This document shows positions 10,342-20,202 of a stretch of DNA of 64,000 nucleotides, piece by piece. Source of the stretch: Candidatus Eiseniibacteriota bacterium (GTDB lineage: Bacteria; Eisenbacteria; RBG-16-71-46; JABDJR01; JAWXBZ01); NCBI GenBank assembly GCA_034440375.1, contig JAWXBZ010000235.1, forward strand, positions 29,563-93,562, in the 5' to 3' direction. A program made the position numbers and the translations under genes. How positions within the stretch are numbered: the stretch's first letter is position 1; the number at the start of each line of letters is the position of its first letter. Under the pieces are notes generated by a model. It did no database searches, was not told where the DNA came from, and saw nothing but the letters and a program-made list of their open reading frames with translations.

Positions 10342-11340
10342 ATGACGCAGGAGCTGTGGCTATGGATAGGGTTCAACGCTTTCATCGTCGGAATGCTGGT
10401 GCTGGATCTCGCCGTGTTCCACAAGAAACCGCACGAGGTGAAGTTCAAGGAGGCCGCGGGCTGGAGCGTATTCTGGATCGCCCTCGCTCTCGTGTTCAAC
10501 GCGGGCCTGTGGTTCGTGCGCGGCCAGCAGGCGGGGCTCGAGTTCCTGACCGCGTATCTCATCGAGAAGTCGCTCAGCGTGGACAACCTGTTCGTGTTCC
10601 TGCTGGTGTTCTCGTACTTCGCGGTGCCCGCGAAACACCAGCACGGGGTGCTGTTCTGGGGCATCCTCGGCGCGCTCGTGTTCCGCTTCATCTTCATCAT
10701 CGCCGGCATCGAGCTGCTCGAGAGCTTCCACTGGCTGATCTACGTGTTCGGTGCAATCCTCATCGTGTCCGGGGTCAAACTGTGGCAGGAGAAGGAGAAG
10801 AAGATCGAGCCCGAGAAGAACCCGCTCGTGCGCCTGTTCCGTCGCCTGATGCCGGTGACGCCCGAGTACCACGACGGAAAGTTCTTCGTACGGCAGTCCG
10901 GAAAGCTCGCGGCCACGCCGCTGTTCGTCGTGCTGCTCGTGGTCGAGACCACCGACATCGTGTTCGCGGTGGACTCGATCCCGGCGGTCCTCGCGATCAC
11001 GCGCGACCCGTTCATCGTGTACAGCTCGAACGCGTTCGCGATCCTCGGGCTCCGCGCGCTGTACTTCGCGCTCTCGGGAGTCATGCGGATGTTCCACCAC
11101 CTGCACTACGGCCTGTCGGCGGTCCTCGTGTTCATCGGCGTCAAGATGATCGCCTCGGAGTTCGTCAAGGTGCCGACCGTGGCCTCGCTTGCGGTCGTGG
11201 CTGCGATCCTCGCGGTCTCGATCTGGGCGAGTCTCCGGTGGCCCGCGAAGGGCGGGCATGCGGTGTCGGAGACCCCAATCGCTTCGGGCGATACGGCCGT
11301 GCGGCCCGAGGTAGCCGAGGATGCGGAGAGCTCCCGGTGA
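10342..11340 (+). CDS. TerC family integral membrane protein (Alx/TerC-like)
   Basis: TerC signatures LIEKSLSVDNLFVFLLVFSYF and VETTDIVFAVDSIPAVLAIT with multiple TM helices. ATG at 10342. Confidence 0.8.
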   Translation: MTQELWLWIGFNAFIVGMLVLDLAVFHKKPHEVKFKEAAGWSVFWIALALVFNAGLWFVRGQQAGLEFLTAYLIEKSLSVDNLFVFLLVFSYFAVPAKHQHGVLFWGILGALVFRFIFIIAGIELLESFHWLIYVFGAILIVSGVKLWQEKEKKIEPEKNPLVRLFRRLMPVTPEYHDGKFFVRQSGKLAATPLFVVLLVVETTDIVFAVDSIPAVLAITRDPFIVYSSNAFAILGLRALYFALSGVMRMFHHLHYGLSAVLVFIGVKMIASEFVKVPTVASLAVVAAILAVSIWASLRWPAKGGHAVSETPIASGDTAVRPEVAEDAESSR

Positions 11341-11437
11341 GCCGGCCGTTCCAGTTCTGACCGCAGGGGGTCGCCCGCGAAGAGATCCTTCCAGAGCCGC
11401 GGTGTGATGCGGCCACGGGAGGAAGAATGGGCGAGCC

Positions 11438-11860
11438 TCATGGGAGTACAGAGAACCCCTCACGTCGAGCCGCGCTCGAGAGGCGCGTGTCGAGCGATAT
11501 GAAGGAGTGGCCAGTGGGGTCGTCGTGTGTTGCGATCAGGGCCGCGCCCAGTTGAAGTGCATCGCCGGCGCGGATGGCGTGGATTCCCAGGAGTCGCTTG
11601 GCCCGGAGTTTGACTGGTTCCAGCAGCGAAATGAGCTCGATGACCTGCCAATGGAACTCGGCTTCCTCCCGAGCCTGACGGATCATTTCCTCGGAAACGA
11701 TCCGTTCACGCTCCAGCCGGGCGAGGGCGGATCGGATCTCGACATCGCTCAGGGTCCATGTATACACGCGGCCACCGAGCTCAAGGATGTCACGGACGTC
11801 GTCGCTGCTCGCCTGACTGACGTAAAGGGCCACCAGTGCCGATGAATCCCAGTAGGTCAT
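11438..11860 (-). CDS. vapC: Type II toxin VapC (PIN-domain ribonuclease)
   Basis: PIN-domain N-terminus MTYWDSSALVALYV. About 140 aa. 4-nt overlap with the upstream antitoxin gene. Confidence 0.7.
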   Translation of the reverse strand: MTYWDSSALVALYVSQASSDDVRDILELGGRVYTWTLSDVEIRSALARLERERIVSEEMIRQAREEAEFHWQVIELISLLEPVKLRAKRLLGIHAIRAGDALQLGAALIATHDDPTGHSFISLDTRLSSAARREGFSVLP

Positions 11861-12144
11861 TCCCTGTCTCGGTCCTCGCTCAGGAGGCGGACGATGTCCA
11901 CCGGGCAGGGGATCGGCGGATTCAGTGGACGACGCGGCCCCGATCGGTGTTGCGCCGGGGTCACGATGCCCTCGCGGACCAGGCGCTCCAGATAGGCGTC
12001 CTCGCTCTCGAGCGTCTTCGGAAGGCCCGATAGGTGGGCAATGGGGACCGAGTGCTCAAGGACCTCTATGGTCTCCCCACTCTTGACCAATCGCAGGTAC
12101 TGGCTCAGCCGGTTCTTGAGTTCGCTGACGCTCACTTTCTTCAT
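11857..12144 (-). CDS. Type II antitoxin (Phd/YefM or VapB-like) partner of VapC
   Basis: MKKVSVSELKNRLSQYLRLVKSGETIEVLEHSVPIAHLSGL is a typical Phd/YefM-type antitoxin N-terminus. ATG at 12144. ATGA overlap with vapC. Confidence 0.65.
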   Translation of the reverse strand: MKKVSVSELKNRLSQYLRLVKSGETIEVLEHSVPIAHLSGLPKTLESEDAYLERLVREGIVTPAQHRSGPRRPLNPPIPCPVDIVRLLSEDRDRE

Positions 12145-12200
12145 TTGGCTAGAATAGCTATATTTATTAGGCCTGTCAAGCCTGATTAGACGGTGCCTGG

Positions 12201-13769
12201 TCATCGTTCCGCCCCCTCCCGATCCAGGCACCGATACTGAATGGCCTCCGCCACCTGTGCCGACGACAGCATGTCGGCGCCGGCCATGTCGGCGATCGTT
12301 CGCGCCACCTTGAGAACGCGCCGGTGGGCGCGGGCCGACAGTCCGAAGCGTTCCATGGCCCGGCGGAGGAGGTCGGTGGCGGCCAGATCGGTGGCACAGT
12401 ATTGGTCGGTCTCATCGTGTGACATGCGAGCGTTGATCGGTGGACGGGGGCGCGCCAATGATTGCGCGGCCGCGGCAAGGCGGATCGTCTGGATTTCCCT
12501 CGCCGCGGCCACCCGCTCCCGGATCGGCAGCGAGGGCTCGCCACGCTCGCGCGAGGCCAGGTCGTCGAAGGCCACCGGCGGCAACTCGAGGTGCAGGTCG
12601 AAGCGATCCAGCAGCGGCCCGGAAACCCGGGCGCGATAGGCGCGGATTTCACGATCCGAGCAGAGACACCGGCGGCGCGAGTCGCCCAGGTGGCCGCAGG
12701 CGCAGGGGTTCATGGCGCCGACGATCATGGCGTCGGCGGGGTAACGAACGTTGAGCATCGAGCGGCTGACGCGGACGAAGCCCTCCTCCAGCGGCTGACG
12801 CAGGGCCTCGAGAACGTTGCGGCGAAACTCGGGGAGTTCGTCCAGGAAGAGCACGCCACCGTGAGCCAGCGAGAGTTCTCCCGGCAGGGCCCGTGGGCCG
12901 CCCCCGATCAGTCCGGAGTCGGAGATCGTGTGGTGGGGCGATCGGAACGGGCGATCGAGCATCAGTGGCCGGCCGAAGGGCAATCGCCCCGCCACGGAGT
13001 GAATGCGGGTGACGACGAGCGCCTCATCCAGGGCCAGCGACGGCAGAATCGTCGGCAGGCGCCGGGCGAGCATCGTCTTTCCCGAGCCTGGCGGGCCAAC
13101 GAACAGAATGTTGTGGCCTCCGGCCGCCGCTACTTCGATGGCCCGCCGGGCCGGCAGTTGGCCGCGCACATCACCCATGTCCAGGTGACTGTCGCGACGG
13201 GAAACGTGGGCCCATTCCCCGTCCGGAAGGGAACTCGGCTCCGGCCCGGATTCGAGCAGCCAGTCGAGCGCCTCGCGCAGCGTGGCCAGCGGCACCAGCG
13301 GGATGCTCTTCGCGAGCGCGGCCTCGCTTCGGTTTCCCAGGGGAAGAAGAAAGGAGCGGGCGCCCATACCGACACCCATCATGGCCATCGACAGGACGCC
13401 ACGAACCGGCCGGATGGATCCGTCAAGCGCCAACTCGCCGGTGGCCAGGAATGGACCGTTCCGAATCAGGTCTTTCGGACGGCGGCCGTTGTCGGTGGCG
13501 GCCAGGAGTGCCAGGCTGATCGGCAGGTCGTAGGCGGTGCCGGATTTTCGAACATCCGCGGGGGCCAGGTTCACCGTGATGCGGCCGGAGGGGAAGCGAA
13601 GGCCGGAATTCTTGAAGGCAGCCTGGATCCGTTCGCGGCTTTCCCGGACGGCCATGTCGGGGAGGCCCACGATGGTGAAGACCGGCAATCCCGGTGCCAC
13701 ATCGACTTCGACGTCGACCGGTCGGGCTTCGATGCCGGCCAGTGTTGCGGAAAGAACGCGCGCCAGCAT
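12201..13769 (-). CDS. yifB: YifB/ComM family Mg-chelatase-like AAA+ ATPase
   Basis: N-terminus MLARVLSATLAGIEARPVDVEVDVAPGLPVFTIVGLPD. Walker A GPPGSGKT (ILFVGPPGSGKTMLARR). C-terminal ChlI-like region. ATG at 13769. Confidence 0.85.
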   Translation of the reverse strand: MLARVLSATLAGIEARPVDVEVDVAPGLPVFTIVGLPDMAVRESRERIQAAFKNSGLRFPSGRITVNLAPADVRKSGTAYDLPISLALLAATDNGRRPKDLIRNGPFLATGELALDGSIRPVRGVLSMAMMGVGMGARSFLLPLGNRSEAALAKSIPLVPLATLREALDWLLESGPEPSSLPDGEWAHVSRRDSHLDMGDVRGQLPARRAIEVAAAGGHNILFVGPPGSGKTMLARRLPTILPSLALDEALVVTRIHSVAGRLPFGRPLMLDRPFRSPHHTISDSGLIGGGPRALPGELSLAHGGVLFLDELPEFRRNVLEALRQPLEEGFVRVSRSMLNVRYPADAMIVGAMNPCACGHLGDSRRRCLCSDREIRAYRARVSGPLLDRFDLHLELPPVAFDDLASRERGEPSLPIRERVAAAREIQTIRLAAAAQSLARPRPPINARMSHDETDQYCATDLAATDLLRRAMERFGLSARAHRRVLKVARTIADMAGADMLSSAQVAEAIQYRCLDREGAER

Positions 13770-13878
13770 GGTGATAATCTCCCTGGGGGGAGGCGGAATG
13801 GGGTGGGGGATGGGTCGAGCGGACGGGTCTCGACCGTAGCGTCCTTCGTTCCGACTCGTCAAGCATCAGGGAGATCCC

Positions 13879-15102
13879 GTGACGTTTAGTGATCCAGCCG
13901 CGCTCCGCGCTCGATTCCCCGCGCTGGCGGGCCAGACCATCTACTTCGAAAATGCCGGCGGCTCGCAGCTGCCCGACGTCGTGATTGACGCCATGACCGA
14001 CTATCTCCGGCATCACTACGTGCAGCTCGGCGCCGGATACCCCGCCTCCAGGGAGGCCACGCGAATCGTCGACGAGGCGCACGCGTTTGCACGGCGACTG
14101 GTCGGCACCGAGAACGGCCACGCCATCCTCGGTGCCTCCACGACCATCCTCCTGCGGATCCTGGCCGACTGCTACGCCGACATCCTGCCGCCAAAATCGG
14201 AGATCGTCATCAGTGAAGCGGGGCACGAGGCCAACATCAATCCCTGGCTGCGGCTGGAACGGGCCGGCCACGTCATCCGGTGGTGGCGGGTCGATCCAAC
14301 CCGGGAGGACGCCCCGCTCTCGAGCCTCGACGCGTTGTTGAACGAGCACACCCGCCTGGTCGTGCTGCCGCAGGTATCGAACCTGCTTGGCGCCGTCACC
14401 GACGTGGCGGAAGTGGCCCGGCGTGCGCATCGGGTCGGCGCCCGCGTCGTTGTCGATGGCGTTGCATTCGCGGCCCACCGGCCCGTCGACGTGACGGACT
14501 GGGATGTCGACTGGTACGTCTTCTCAAACTACAAAGTATACGGGCCGCACATGGCGGTCCTTTACGGGAGCGCCGCCGCCGTGGCCGAATTGACCGGCCC
14601 GAATCACTTCTTCATCCCGAAGGAGATGGTCCCGTACAAGTTCGAGCTCGGGGGATCCAATCACGAGGGATGCGCCGGGCTGGTCGCGCTGGGGCGATAC
14701 CTGAACGTGGTGGCCGGTCGGCCGGAGGCGGATCCCTGTGACCGGGAGACCGTGGTGTCGGCATTTCAACGCATGGGTTCCCTCGAACTCCCGTTGCAGG
14801 CCCGCCTGATCAGCTGGCTGGCTGATCGCCCCGGCGTCCGGATCGTCGGGCCAGGAACCGCCGGCCCCGAGCGGGTCCCGGTGATCAGTTTCCGGGTGGC
14901 GGGGCGCGCCTCGGCCGAGATCTGCCGTGCCGTTGATGACACCGGAGTCGCCATCCGATCGGGCCACATGTACGCGTATCGCCTTTGCCAGGCACTGGGG
15001 ATCGACCCGGCCGACGGGGTCGTCCGCGTCAGCCTGCTCCACTACAACACCCTGGCCGAGGTGGATCGGCTGATCGAGGTCCTGGACGGTGTCCTCATCT
15101 GA
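13879..15102 (+). CDS. Aminotransferase class V-fold PLP-dependent enzyme (SufS/CsdA-like fold, but lacking the catalytic Cys of cysteine desulfurases)
   Basis: PLP-lysine context FSNYKVYGPHMAVLYG. Class V fold throughout. At the position of the desulfurase HCA cysteine it has RSGHMYAYRL, so it is probably not a cysteine desulfurase. Confidence 0.6.
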   Translation: MTFSDPAALRARFPALAGQTIYFENAGGSQLPDVVIDAMTDYLRHHYVQLGAGYPASREATRIVDEAHAFARRLVGTENGHAILGASTTILLRILADCYADILPPKSEIVISEAGHEANINPWLRLERAGHVIRWWRVDPTREDAPLSSLDALLNEHTRLVVLPQVSNLLGAVTDVAEVARRAHRVGARVVVDGVAFAAHRPVDVTDWDVDWYVFSNYKVYGPHMAVLYGSAAAVAELTGPNHFFIPKEMVPYKFELGGSNHEGCAGLVALGRYLNVVAGRPEADPCDRETVVSAFQRMGSLELPLQARLISWLADRPGVRIVGPGTAGPERVPVISFRVAGRASAEICRAVDDTGVAIRSGHMYAYRLCQALGIDPADGVVRVSLLHYNTLAEVDRLIEVLDGVLI

Positions 15103-15341
15103 GCCGGTTTTCGGCCCCGGATCCCGTTGGAAGGGCCCGGCCGGGCTGGCCTCCCGGGGAACCCCAACCGGCAATTCGGGTTAAGGCCGGTTATCCCACG
15201 ACCGGCCTCGAATTTCCGGTTAAATTGACACTCCTCCATCGCAGGAAGTAAGCTTTCCCCTTCATTTTATGGCTGATGGGCGCGCGAGCGCCGAATGGAG
15301 CGTTGATGTGTCCAACCTACTACTGCTGACAGGTAATCGAC

Positions 15342-16144
15342 CGATGACAACAAGTCGTGCGGAGTCCCTTGCGGGACGTTTCTACTGGGTGCCACTGCTT
15401 CTCATTGCCGGTCTTCTGGCTGTGGATCAGGTCAAGGGACCGGTTTTCCACCCCACGCCCGGCAAGAAACCACGGTTGCCGAAGAGTTCTGCCGCGGCGG
15501 CGGCTACCCTGGACCGTGAAGACCCGCGGGCGGATGCAACATCCACGCTCACCGCCGCTCCGGACCTTCTATCCCAGGACGAGCGGGTCGGCGGGCTTCT
15601 TTCCGGCTCGGGCAGCCCCGATGAGGCCACCAAGAAGGTCGATGGAATCCGTACTCAACTGGCGGTCAACCCCAGGGATTATCGCCTGCACTATGAACTG
15701 GGCAACGCCCTGTATGATGCGGGCGACCAGCCGGCGGCCATTTCGGCCTACCGGAAGGCGATCGAGATCAACCCGAAGTTCGTCAAGGCTTATGTCAACC
15801 TTGGCGAGACATTGCGTGAGCGCGGCGATCTGAAGGAAGCCGTGACATCCCTCGAAACCGCGCTCGCACTGGACGACAAGAGCGATGTGGCTCACGCCGC
15901 GCTTGGATTCGCCTACTACACCGACAGGAAATATCCCGACGCCATGAGTCAATTCAAGACGGCGTTGACGCTCAATCCCAAGTCCGTTCACGCCACGTAC
16001 TACATGGGGATGGCCTTTGCCGACGCGCAGATTTATCGTGAGGCCATCACCTGGTGGGAAAAGGTCTGCGACATCGACCCGAACTCGGATGCCTGTCTCG
16101 AGGCTCGGGAAAACGTCAATCTGTTGAAGAGAATCGTCAACTGA
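15342..16144 (+). CDS. TPR-repeat protein, exported (signal/anchor)
   Basis: Hydrophobic N-terminal segment FYWVPLLLIAGLLAV. Several TPR units (YRLHYELGNALYDAGDQPAAISAYRKAIEINPKFVKAYVNLGETL...). Start could also be ATG 15269. Confidence 0.6.
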
Positions 16145-16191
16145 GGCCGCCGGGGCGCCTCGTGGTTGATATCCCGAAAGGAGTTCCACTC

Positions 16192-17100
16192 ATGACCCGT
16201 TTCAGGCCCCGTTGCCGCATCTTCATAGCGGCATGGCTCCTCGTTGCAGCCGTTTTGCCGATCCTGGGCCACGCGGCAACCGCCGACGACATTCAAAAGG
16301 ATATCGACGAGGGGCGGCTGATCAAGGCGCTGGAGGCGGCAACGCTCCTCTGCGCCTCCGCGCCCGTCGACTGCCGGGCCTGGCGTCTTCTTGGCGATGC
16401 CAACCGCAAGCTGACACGGGTCGGGGCGGCGGGCCAGGCGTACCGGACCGGAATCGAGGCCTGCCCCGAGGACAAGGAACTTCTCCGCACGTTTGGATTG
16501 ATGCTTGAGGAGTCGGAACAGTACGAGGAGGCTGCCCGCATCCTCTCCCGCTACTGGGCCCTCGACACGAGCGACCCCTCGGTCGGGTCCCGTCTCGGTG
16601 CCGCCTGTTATCGGGCCGGAAAGTGCAACGAAGGTCGCCTCGCGTATGACGCGCTACTTCTGGCGCATCCGGAAAGATCAAGCGATCGGCTGGCCTACGC
16701 ACAGTTGCTGTCACGCGTCTGCCATGACCTCCCGGCCGCCCGGGCCCAGTTCGAAAAGCTCATGGTTGAGCGACCCAATGATCCGTCCGTACTTTGCGCC
16801 TGGGTTTACGCGCTGGCCGATGCCGGGCAAGCGGACGAGGCGGCGAAAGTGGCGGCCGGCGGGTTGACTGCGGCCGGCGGTTCGGCCGGCTGTCTGTATG
16901 CCGCGTGGGGTCGTGCGCTGGAGAGCGCGGCGGACAGTCTGATGATCAAGGGTCAGGTCGAGGAGGCTCGCGCCCGCTATCTGGAGGCACTCGATCCGCT
17001 GAGCAAGGGAACCACCGACCCCGTTTTCGGCACGTACTGCGAGGCCATTCTGGCACAGGTCAAGTACAAGGAATCGCCGATGGAGGAGCTCAAGCCATGA
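16192..17100 (+). CDS. TPR-repeat protein with signal peptide
   Basis: AAAGGAG RBS lies 8 nt before ATG 16192. Signal peptide MTRFRPRCRIFIAAWLLVAAVLPILGHAA. TPR-like helical repeats. The ORF-track start at 16054 is an upstream extension overlapping the previous gene. Confidence 0.65.
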   Translation: MTRFRPRCRIFIAAWLLVAAVLPILGHAATADDIQKDIDEGRLIKALEAATLLCASAPVDCRAWRLLGDANRKLTRVGAAGQAYRTGIEACPEDKELLRTFGLMLEESEQYEEAARILSRYWALDTSDPSVGSRLGAACYRAGKCNEGRLAYDALLLAHPERSSDRLAYAQLLSRVCHDLPAARAQFEKLMVERPNDPSVLCAWVYALADAGQADEAAKVAAGGLTAAGGSAGCLYAAWGRALESAADSLMIKGQVEEARARYLEALDPLSKGTTDPVFGTYCEAILAQVKYKESPMEELKP

Positions 17101-17714
17101 CGAAGCGCCACCCGCTACCCGTCGTCGCGCTCCTTCTGGCGCTCGGATTCGGATTCGCTCTGAATATCGCCGCGCCGGGGAGCGCCGACGCGCAGATCAT
17201 CTCCAACAAGAAGGAGACGGCCACCCTGGAAACCGCCTTCGGCAAGATTGTGGTCGAATTTTACGAGGACACCGCGCCGAAGCATGTGGCGTCCTTCAAG
17301 AAGAATGTCCGGACCGGCGTTTATGACGGGACGAGCATCTTCAAGATCGTCCCGGGCTTCGTCATCATGGGCGGCGATCCGTTCACCAAGGACAAGAGCG
17401 CCGCCAATGACGGTTGGGGCGGGTTTGGTCCGCCGATCCCCAATGAATTCAACACCACTCACAAGAATGTGCGCGGCGCCCTCGGCGCCCCGCGGAAGCC
17501 GGACGCCGTGAATCCGGACAAGTCGGGAAATGGTTTCCAGTTCTATATTGCCCTGGCGGACCTCCCCTCGCTGGATGCCTCACAACACACGGTCTTTGGC
17601 CGCGTCATCTCCGGGATGGACGTGGTCGACCGGATTGCCGGCATGGCTCGTGATGACAAGGGTGCACCGAAAGACAAGGTCGAGTTCAAGAAGTTCTATC
17701 TCGAACGGAAATAA
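17097..17714 (+). CDS. Cyclophilin-type peptidyl-prolyl cis-trans isomerase, secreted
   Basis: ATGA overlap with the upstream stop. Signal peptide MTKRHPLPVVALLLALGFG. Cyclophilin motifs (FGKIVVEFYEDTAPKHVASF...GNGFQFYIAL...HTVFGRVISGMDVVDRIA). Confidence 0.85.
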   Translation: MTKRHPLPVVALLLALGFGFALNIAAPGSADAQIISNKKETATLETAFGKIVVEFYEDTAPKHVASFKKNVRTGVYDGTSIFKIVPGFVIMGGDPFTKDKSAANDGWGGFGPPIPNEFNTTHKNVRGALGAPRKPDAVNPDKSGNGFQFYIALADLPSLDASQHTVFGRVISGMDVVDRIAGMARDDKGAPKDKVEFKKFYLERK

Positions 17715-17722
17715 CTCGATCC

Positions 17723-18892
17723 GTGTTCGGAGAATATCTCGACCATAATGCCGCCGCGCCGCTACGCCCGGAGGTCCTGGGGGCGCTTATGCTGGCGATG
17801 GAGCAGCAGCAGGCCAATCCCGGAAGCGCCCATGGCGCCGGGCGGTTCTGGCGTCGGCGAATCGACGCGGCACGCCGCGAAGTGGCCGGGCTTGTCGGCG
17901 CGCAACCGCATGAAATCGTCCTGACCGGTTCCGGAACCGAAGCCTGTTTCCTGGCGCTTCACGGTGTGATCGAAGCGGCGCGCACCCGTAGCGTGGAGCC
18001 GCCGCTTGTGCTGGCAACACCCATCGAGCATGCGGCCATTCGCGAGCCTCTGTGTGCCATGGCGGCGCGGGGCACGATCCGGCTTCTCCTGTGCCCGGTT
18101 GGCGCCTCCGGCCGCGTGGATGCCGATTGGTTCGCGGATCATCTGACACAAATTCCGGTCCTGGTCGTCTGCCAGTGGGCCAACAACGAGACGGGTGTCA
18201 TCCAGCCGGTACTCGAGGTGGCCGATCTGTGTCGGGCGCATGAAACGAGGCTCCTGGTCGACGCCGTTCAATGGGCCGGCCGCGGACCCATTGATCTGAC
18301 CGCCCAGCCGATCGATCTGCTGGTCCTCTCCTCACCCAAGCTCGGCGGCCCGACGGGCGCCGGCGCGCTGTTCATCCGCGAGGGATTGGCGCTCGAGCCG
18401 TACCTGGTCGCAGGCAAACAGGAGGGGGGCCTTCGTGGTGGTACGGAAAACAGTCTCGGCTGGATCGGTTTCGGCGCGGCGGCCGCGGCGGCTCGCGAGA
18501 CGTGGGCGGCGGAGGTCGCTCACGAAGCGCCTCTCACGGCCCGCCTGGTGGAGCAGGTCCTGGCCCGGGTTCCCGGCGCCCGCCTGGCCGGCGATGGATC
18601 GACCCGCATCGCCAATACGGCTCAATTCCTCGTGCCGCACGACGACGAGGAGATGCTCATCCTGGCGCTCGACCGGCTGGGGTACGCGGTTTCAGCCGGC
18701 TCGGCCTGCGCGGCGGGTGCCCACGAGCGCTCCCATGTGCTCCGTGCCATGGGCCTTCTCGAGCCTGGCTTCGCCTCGGTCCGCGTGTCGATCGGATCGG
18801 GCACGACCGCCCGTGCCATCGACGATTTTGTGACCGCGCTCTGCACTGGCATCCAGGCCGCCCGGCCGGATGAGGCGGAGGTGGCCCGATGA
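17723..18892 (+). CDS. iscS: Cysteine desulfurase (IscS/NifS-like, class V aminotransferase)
   Basis: YLDHNAAAPLRPEV N-terminus. PLP-lysine SSPKLGGPTG. Active-site cysteine loop SAGSACAAGAHERSHVLRAMG. Immediately upstream of, and overlapping, mnmA. Confidence 0.8.
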   Translation: MFGEYLDHNAAAPLRPEVLGALMLAMEQQQANPGSAHGAGRFWRRRIDAARREVAGLVGAQPHEIVLTGSGTEACFLALHGVIEAARTRSVEPPLVLATPIEHAAIREPLCAMAARGTIRLLLCPVGASGRVDADWFADHLTQIPVLVVCQWANNETGVIQPVLEVADLCRAHETRLLVDAVQWAGRGPIDLTAQPIDLLVLSSPKLGGPTGAGALFIREGLALEPYLVAGKQEGGLRGGTENSLGWIGFGAAAAAARETWAAEVAHEAPLTARLVEQVLARVPGARLAGDGSTRIANTAQFLVPHDDEEMLILALDRLGYAVSAGSACAAGAHERSHVLRAMGLLEPGFASVRVSIGSGTTARAIDDFVTALCTGIQAARPDEAEVAR

Positions 18893-19974
18893 GCAAGGGA
18901 CTCGTGGTCGTGGCCATGTCCGGCGGCGTTGACAGCGCGGTGGCCGCTGCGTTGCTGCGTCAGGATGGATACGATGTGTACGGCGTCACGATGAAGCTCT
19001 GGTGCTACCAGCGCGAAGCACCGACGGCCAAAGCCTGCTGCTCGATGGCCGCCATCGGCGAGGCCCGCGCCACGGCGGTTGTCCTGGGTATCGAGCACGC
19101 CGTGGTCGATCTCGAGGAGCAGTTCGAAGCTCATGTCATCGGCCCCTTCGCCGAGGACTATCGAGAGGGGCGGACGCCAAACCCCTGTGTGAACTGCAAC
19201 ACCTTCATCAAGTTCGGCACGCTGCTCGAGAAGGCCCGTCGCCTCGGCGCGGGCTGGGTGGCCACCGGCCACTACGCCCTCATGGAGCATGGTGCCGGGG
19301 GGCCTGTCCTGAAGCGCGGCATCGACGCCAGCAAGGATCAGTCGTACGCGCTGTGGGGCTTGAACCGCAAACGCCTGGACAAGGTCCTGATGCCTCTCGG
19401 CGCGCTGACCAAGTCGGAAGTTCGGGAAATGGCCCGTGCCCTGAAACTCCCCGTGGCCGACAAGCCGGAAAGCATGGACATCTGTTTCGTCGAGGGTGGC
19501 CACTACGCCGATTTCCTCGTGAACCGCCTTGGCGCCTTCGCCCAGGCCGAGCCCGGCCCAATGGTGGACCAGGCCGGCCAGGTCGTTGGACAGCATCAGG
19601 GCGTCATGCGCTACACCGTGGGTCAGCGAAAGGGCCTCGGCCTCGCGCGCCCCGAGCCGACTTTCGTCGTGGGTATCGACGCCGCCACGAACACGCTGAC
19701 CGTCGGGGAGGAGAGCGACTTGTATCGAAGCGCCTTCCACGCCGGCCGCGCCAACTTCGTCTCGATCGATGTTCCCACGTCGCCGATCCAGGTGGACATT
19801 CGCGTCCGCCATCGCGGCCGTGCCGTTCCCGGCACCGTGACGCCGGAAGGCTTCGGCCGCCTCCGCATCGAACTCAGCGAACCCGAGCGCGCCATCACGC
19901 CGGGTCAGTCGGCGGTGTTTTATGATGGTGAGGTGCTTGTGGGCGGGGCGCTGATCGAGACGGCGATCGGCTGA
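18889..19974 (+). CDS. mnmA: tRNA-specific 2-thiouridylase MnmA
   Basis: PP-loop VVVAMSGGVDSAVAA. MnmA conserved Cys residues. ATGA overlap with iscS. Confidence 0.85.
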   Translation: MSKGLVVVAMSGGVDSAVAAALLRQDGYDVYGVTMKLWCYQREAPTAKACCSMAAIGEARATAVVLGIEHAVVDLEEQFEAHVIGPFAEDYREGRTPNPCVNCNTFIKFGTLLEKARRLGAGWVATGHYALMEHGAGGPVLKRGIDASKDQSYALWGLNRKRLDKVLMPLGALTKSEVREMARALKLPVADKPESMDICFVEGGHYADFLVNRLGAFAQAEPGPMVDQAGQVVGQHQGVMRYTVGQRKGLGLARPEPTFVVGIDAATNTLTVGEESDLYRSAFHAGRANFVSIDVPTSPIQVDIRVRHRGRAVPGTVTPEGFGRLRIELSEPERAITPGQSAVFYDGEVLVGGALIETAIG

Positions 19975-20043
19975 TCCGGCCGCCCTTCCGCGGTTGTCGG
20001 GCCGCCCCGCCATCTGCTAGCCTTTCCGGCCTTGACTTCCTGC

Positions 20044-20133
20044 GGAGGGGTGACCGAGCGGCTCAAGGTGGCACCCTGCTAAGGTGTTTATCGGGAAACT
20101 GATACGTGGGTTCGAATCCCACCCCCTCCGCCA
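20044..20133 (+). tRNA. tRNA-Ser (anticodon GCU), class II with long variable arm, CCA encoded
   Basis: Acceptor stem GGAGGGG/CCCCTCC. Anticodon loop CT-GCT-AA. T-arm GTGGG-TTCGAAT-CCCAC. 90 nt including the 3' CCA. Confidence 0.85.
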
Positions 20134-20202
20134 GTTGGACCTGCCCGGCCCAACCGGTCTTGAGCCAGGTGGGTCAGCGAGTGGGCGGCCTTCGCGCCCT
20201 GG

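Noticed and set aside
10314-11463. 348-aa plus-strand and 367-aa minus-strand ORFs over the TerC gene
   Set aside because: Arg/Pro/Gly-rich low-complexity translations in alternative frames. The TerC frame has clear family motifs and TM helices.
13423-14478. 351-aa minus-strand ORF
   Set aside because: Antisense to the class V aminotransferase gene.
16054-16191. Upstream extension of the second TPR ORF
   Set aside because: It overlaps the end of the previous TPR gene. A strong RBS plus signal peptide begin at ATG 16192.
18622-20013. 463-aa minus-strand ORF
   Set aside because: Antisense to iscS and mnmA, which have unambiguous motifs. It crosses two gene boundaries.
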